DNA of 48,497 nt, from assembly GCA_038883715.1 (NCBI GenBank), contig JAVZLS010000012.1, forward strand, positions 1 to 48,497. Direction: 5' to 3'. A program made the translations under genes and the position numbers. The stretch comes from Candidatus Bathyarchaeia archaeon (GTDB lineage: Archaea; Thermoproteota; Bathyarchaeia; Bathyarchaeales; Bathycorpusculaceae). Below are positions 46,657-48,497 of the stretch, piece by piece; the first letter of the stretch is position 1, and each line of letters begins with the position of its first letter. The notes under the pieces are model-generated. The model was given only the letters and a program-made list of their open reading frames with translations, was not told where the DNA came from and made no database searches.

Positions 46657-47636
46657 TTGCGAATCACCTTCCTCCGCAAAATTGAAGCTGGCAAACCATA
46701 CATGTAGAAGGTTCCAACAGGGTCCTTAATCTGGTCTATAAGCTTTTCAACCTCCTCCTCAGTGTATTTCTCCTTCTCCTCCTCCAAGCCAAGAATCGAA
46801 GCCAAAGCGCTAATCATGGCAGCGCCTTGCTCCGGAGCATTTGGACATGGACCGCCACAGCCGGTGCAGGGCATATCAGCCTTCAAGCATCTGGCGCTAC
46901 AACCGCCTCTTGTGGCTGGTCCCATGCATATAATGCCCTGCTCCAGTAGGCACCTTTCCGTGTCTAGAACCTTCTCGTAGACACGGTATATCCTCGATAT
47001 CTTCTTATTCTCCTTCTTTTTTGGACACTCGTCGCAAACAGACTTTAAAGGCGCCAAAACAGAGCCTTTTGGCGGCAGCTCGCCCTTGGCTATGGCTTCT
47101 AAGGCGAATATTGTGCGCTCCACTGCCGGCGGACAGCCAGGCACGTAATAGTCAACATCCACTGTTTGGTCTAGGGTTCGCACGGTGTCATAGAACTTTG
47201 GAATTTCTAGCTCGCCTTCTTTAACATGCACTTTCGGCTGTGGAAAAACTTTGTTGGGGTTGTCTGTTGAAAATGTTTTGGCGTAAACTTGCTCGAAGAT
47301 TTCCTCTTTATTATGGAGGTTAGCCAGCCCGGGAACGCCGCCGAGATGGGCACAAGCACCATAAGCCACAAGAATCTTTGACTTCTGCCTTAAAAGTTTA
47401 GCCATATACTCTTGTTCGCTGTTTCGGATTCCACCATTAAAGAAGCAAACATCAATGTATTTGTCTGGCATGGCTTCAACATCTTTATACTTTATATCCA
47501 TGGCAACAGGCCAAAACACAATGTCCGCGATTTGCACCACATCCAAAATTTTTTCGTTGATGTCTAAGACGGCGATTTCGCAGCCGCCACAACTTGCCGC
47601 CCAGTAAAAGGCGAACTTCAATTTTTGTTTCGCCAT
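46653..47636 (-). CDS. mvhG: [NiFe]-hydrogenase small subunit
   Basis: ASCGGC, GACA..GG, PGCPP, VCDEC, CLLEQGIICMGPATRGGC..C..PCTGC. Confidence 0.92.
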   Translation of the reverse strand: MAKQKLKFAFYWAASCGGCEIAVLDINEKILDVVQIADIVFWPVAMDIKYKDVEAMPDKYIDVCFFNGGIRNSEQEYMAKLLRQKSKILVAYGACAHLGGVPGLANLHNKEEIFEQVYAKTFSTDNPNKVFPQPKVHVKEGELEIPKFYDTVRTLDQTVDVDYYVPGCPPAVERTIFALEAIAKGELPPKGSVLAPLKSVCDECPKKKENKKISRIYRVYEKVLDTERCLLEQGIICMGPATRGGCSARCLKADMPCTGCGGPCPNAPEQGAAMISALASILGLEEEKEKYTEEEVEKLIDQIKDPVGTFYMYGLPASILRRKVIRK

Positions 47637-47649
47637 ATTCGTATCCCAC

Positions 47650-48497
47650 CTACTTAATTTGGCTCAATAATTCTGTTGGTTTTACCCTAAGCTCGTTTAG
47701 GGCTAGCTCTTCAGGTGAAAAGCCCATGGCTAATCCCAATAGCTGTGGGTAGTGGAGGACTGGCAAATTGAATTTTTCGTTGAAGGCTCTCTCTATGCGG
47801 GGCTGGTTTAGGTCGAACATTATGTGACAGAAGGGACAAACAGTAATAAGTGCCTGAGCGCCCACAGCCCTCACGTGGTCAAGTTTCTCTTTAGCCATTT
47901 GGAAGGGCACATCCTCATTTACGCCTATTATCGGGTTTCCGCAGCACTCAGTCTCATCCATATAGTCTAGGCATTCGGCGCCTGTCAGTCTAATCAACTC
48001 TTTAAGGGTTGTTGGGTTTTCTGGGTCGTCCCGTCCCACATATTTGCGGGGTCTTAAAACGTGGCACCCGCTGTGTTGAGCTACACGGATACCAACCAGA
48101 GGCTTTTTGACGGCATTCTTTATCTTCTCGTAGCCAACGTCCTCTGAAAGCACGTAGATTAGGTGTTTAACTTCTATTGTGCCCTTAAACTCCATGCCAA
48201 CCTCTTTTAAATAGCCGTTAATCTTCTCCCGGAGCTTCTTGTCCTCTTTTAGGATTTTGTTGGTTTCATTTAGGCTGCAGAAGCACCCGTTGCACAGCGT
48301 CATTATAGGTAAGCCCACCTTTTCCGCTATGCAGAGGTTTCTCGCCGCCAAAGTCAACATCAGATCGTGGTTTATAACGTCCATTGGGTAGCCGCAGCAG
48401 TTGTATTCTGGCATTTCAACAATTTCAACGCCAAGTTTTGCGAGAACTTTCCTGGCGGAAATTTCGTAGCTTGAAAGCCTATAGGGGATTACACAGC
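47650..48497 (-). CDS. hdrB: Heterodisulfide reductase subunit B (5' end runs off the window)
   Basis: Frame open to the right edge: CVIPY..YNCCG..LCNGC and HSGCH..ECCG..VCPFC, PVLHYPQLLGLAMG. Confidence 0.92.
   Translation of the reverse strand, partial: CVIPYRLSSYEISARKVLAKLGVEIVEMPEYNCCGYPMDVINHDLMLTLAARNLCIAEKVGLPIMTLCNGCFCSLNETNKILKEDKKLREKINGYLKEVGMEFKGTIEVKHLIYVLSEDVGYEKIKNAVKKPLVGIRVAQHSGCHVLRPRKYVGRDDPENPTTLKELIRLTGAECLDYMDETECCGNPIIGVNEDVPFQMAKEKLDHVRAVGAQALITVCPFCHIMFDLNQPRIERAFNEKFNLPVLHYPQLLGLAMGFSPEELALNELRVKPTELLSQIK

Noticed and set aside
45202-48497. Selenocysteine or pyrrolysine recoding in redox genes
   Set aside because: MvhA L2 (DPCFGC), HdrB and all thioredoxin CxxC motifs use ordinary Cys codons in uninterrupted frames; the TAGs at 1344 and 1467 have no supporting context.
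1-48497. CRISPR arrays, rRNA genes, IS elements, and the many short antisense ORFs in the track
   Set aside because: No regularly spaced repeats, rRNA-like sequence or transposase motifs were seen; the short ORFs lie opposite or within well-supported genes.

Overview
Archaeal chromosomal segment, most consistent with Bathyarchaeia (inferred from gene content and style: two EF-2 genes, GVKxGDWIKY surface proteins, Mvh/Hdr genes, frequent TTG starts). Left to right: a truncated ChlI/ChlD-like AAA+ ATPase; purE, purC and a purP-like gene; a RIO-like kinase; two divergent, head-to-head EF-2 paralogues; an Ogg glycosylase; tRNA-Ile2(CAU); an accessory block (flavodoxin, doubly frameshifted GNAT, isochorismatase, tandem polyproline-tailed surface proteins, Xaa-Pro peptidase, MoaD/SAMP, polyferredoxin-thioredoxin-TlpA module); a methylmalonyl-CoA/biotin cluster (mutase, epimerase, acyl-CoA carboxyltransferase, OadA/5S-like carboxyltransferase, biotin carboxylase, two BCCPs, BirA); an SdhA/FrdA plus SdhB-CCG pair; AOR with a ferredoxin subunit; two wHTH regulators; a five-gene SipW/TasA-like secreted-fibre operon; and hdrB-mvhG-mvhA-maturation protease. 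The best candidate for an undescribed system is the fibre operon (40145-44520): four secreted subunits with SipW-type signal peptides around a dedicated peptidase that carries an extra multi-TM domain. Second is a possible modular carboxylase/transcarboxylase in which two different enzymes carry the same C-terminal docking tail. All calls come from motif reading by eye; no searches were run.
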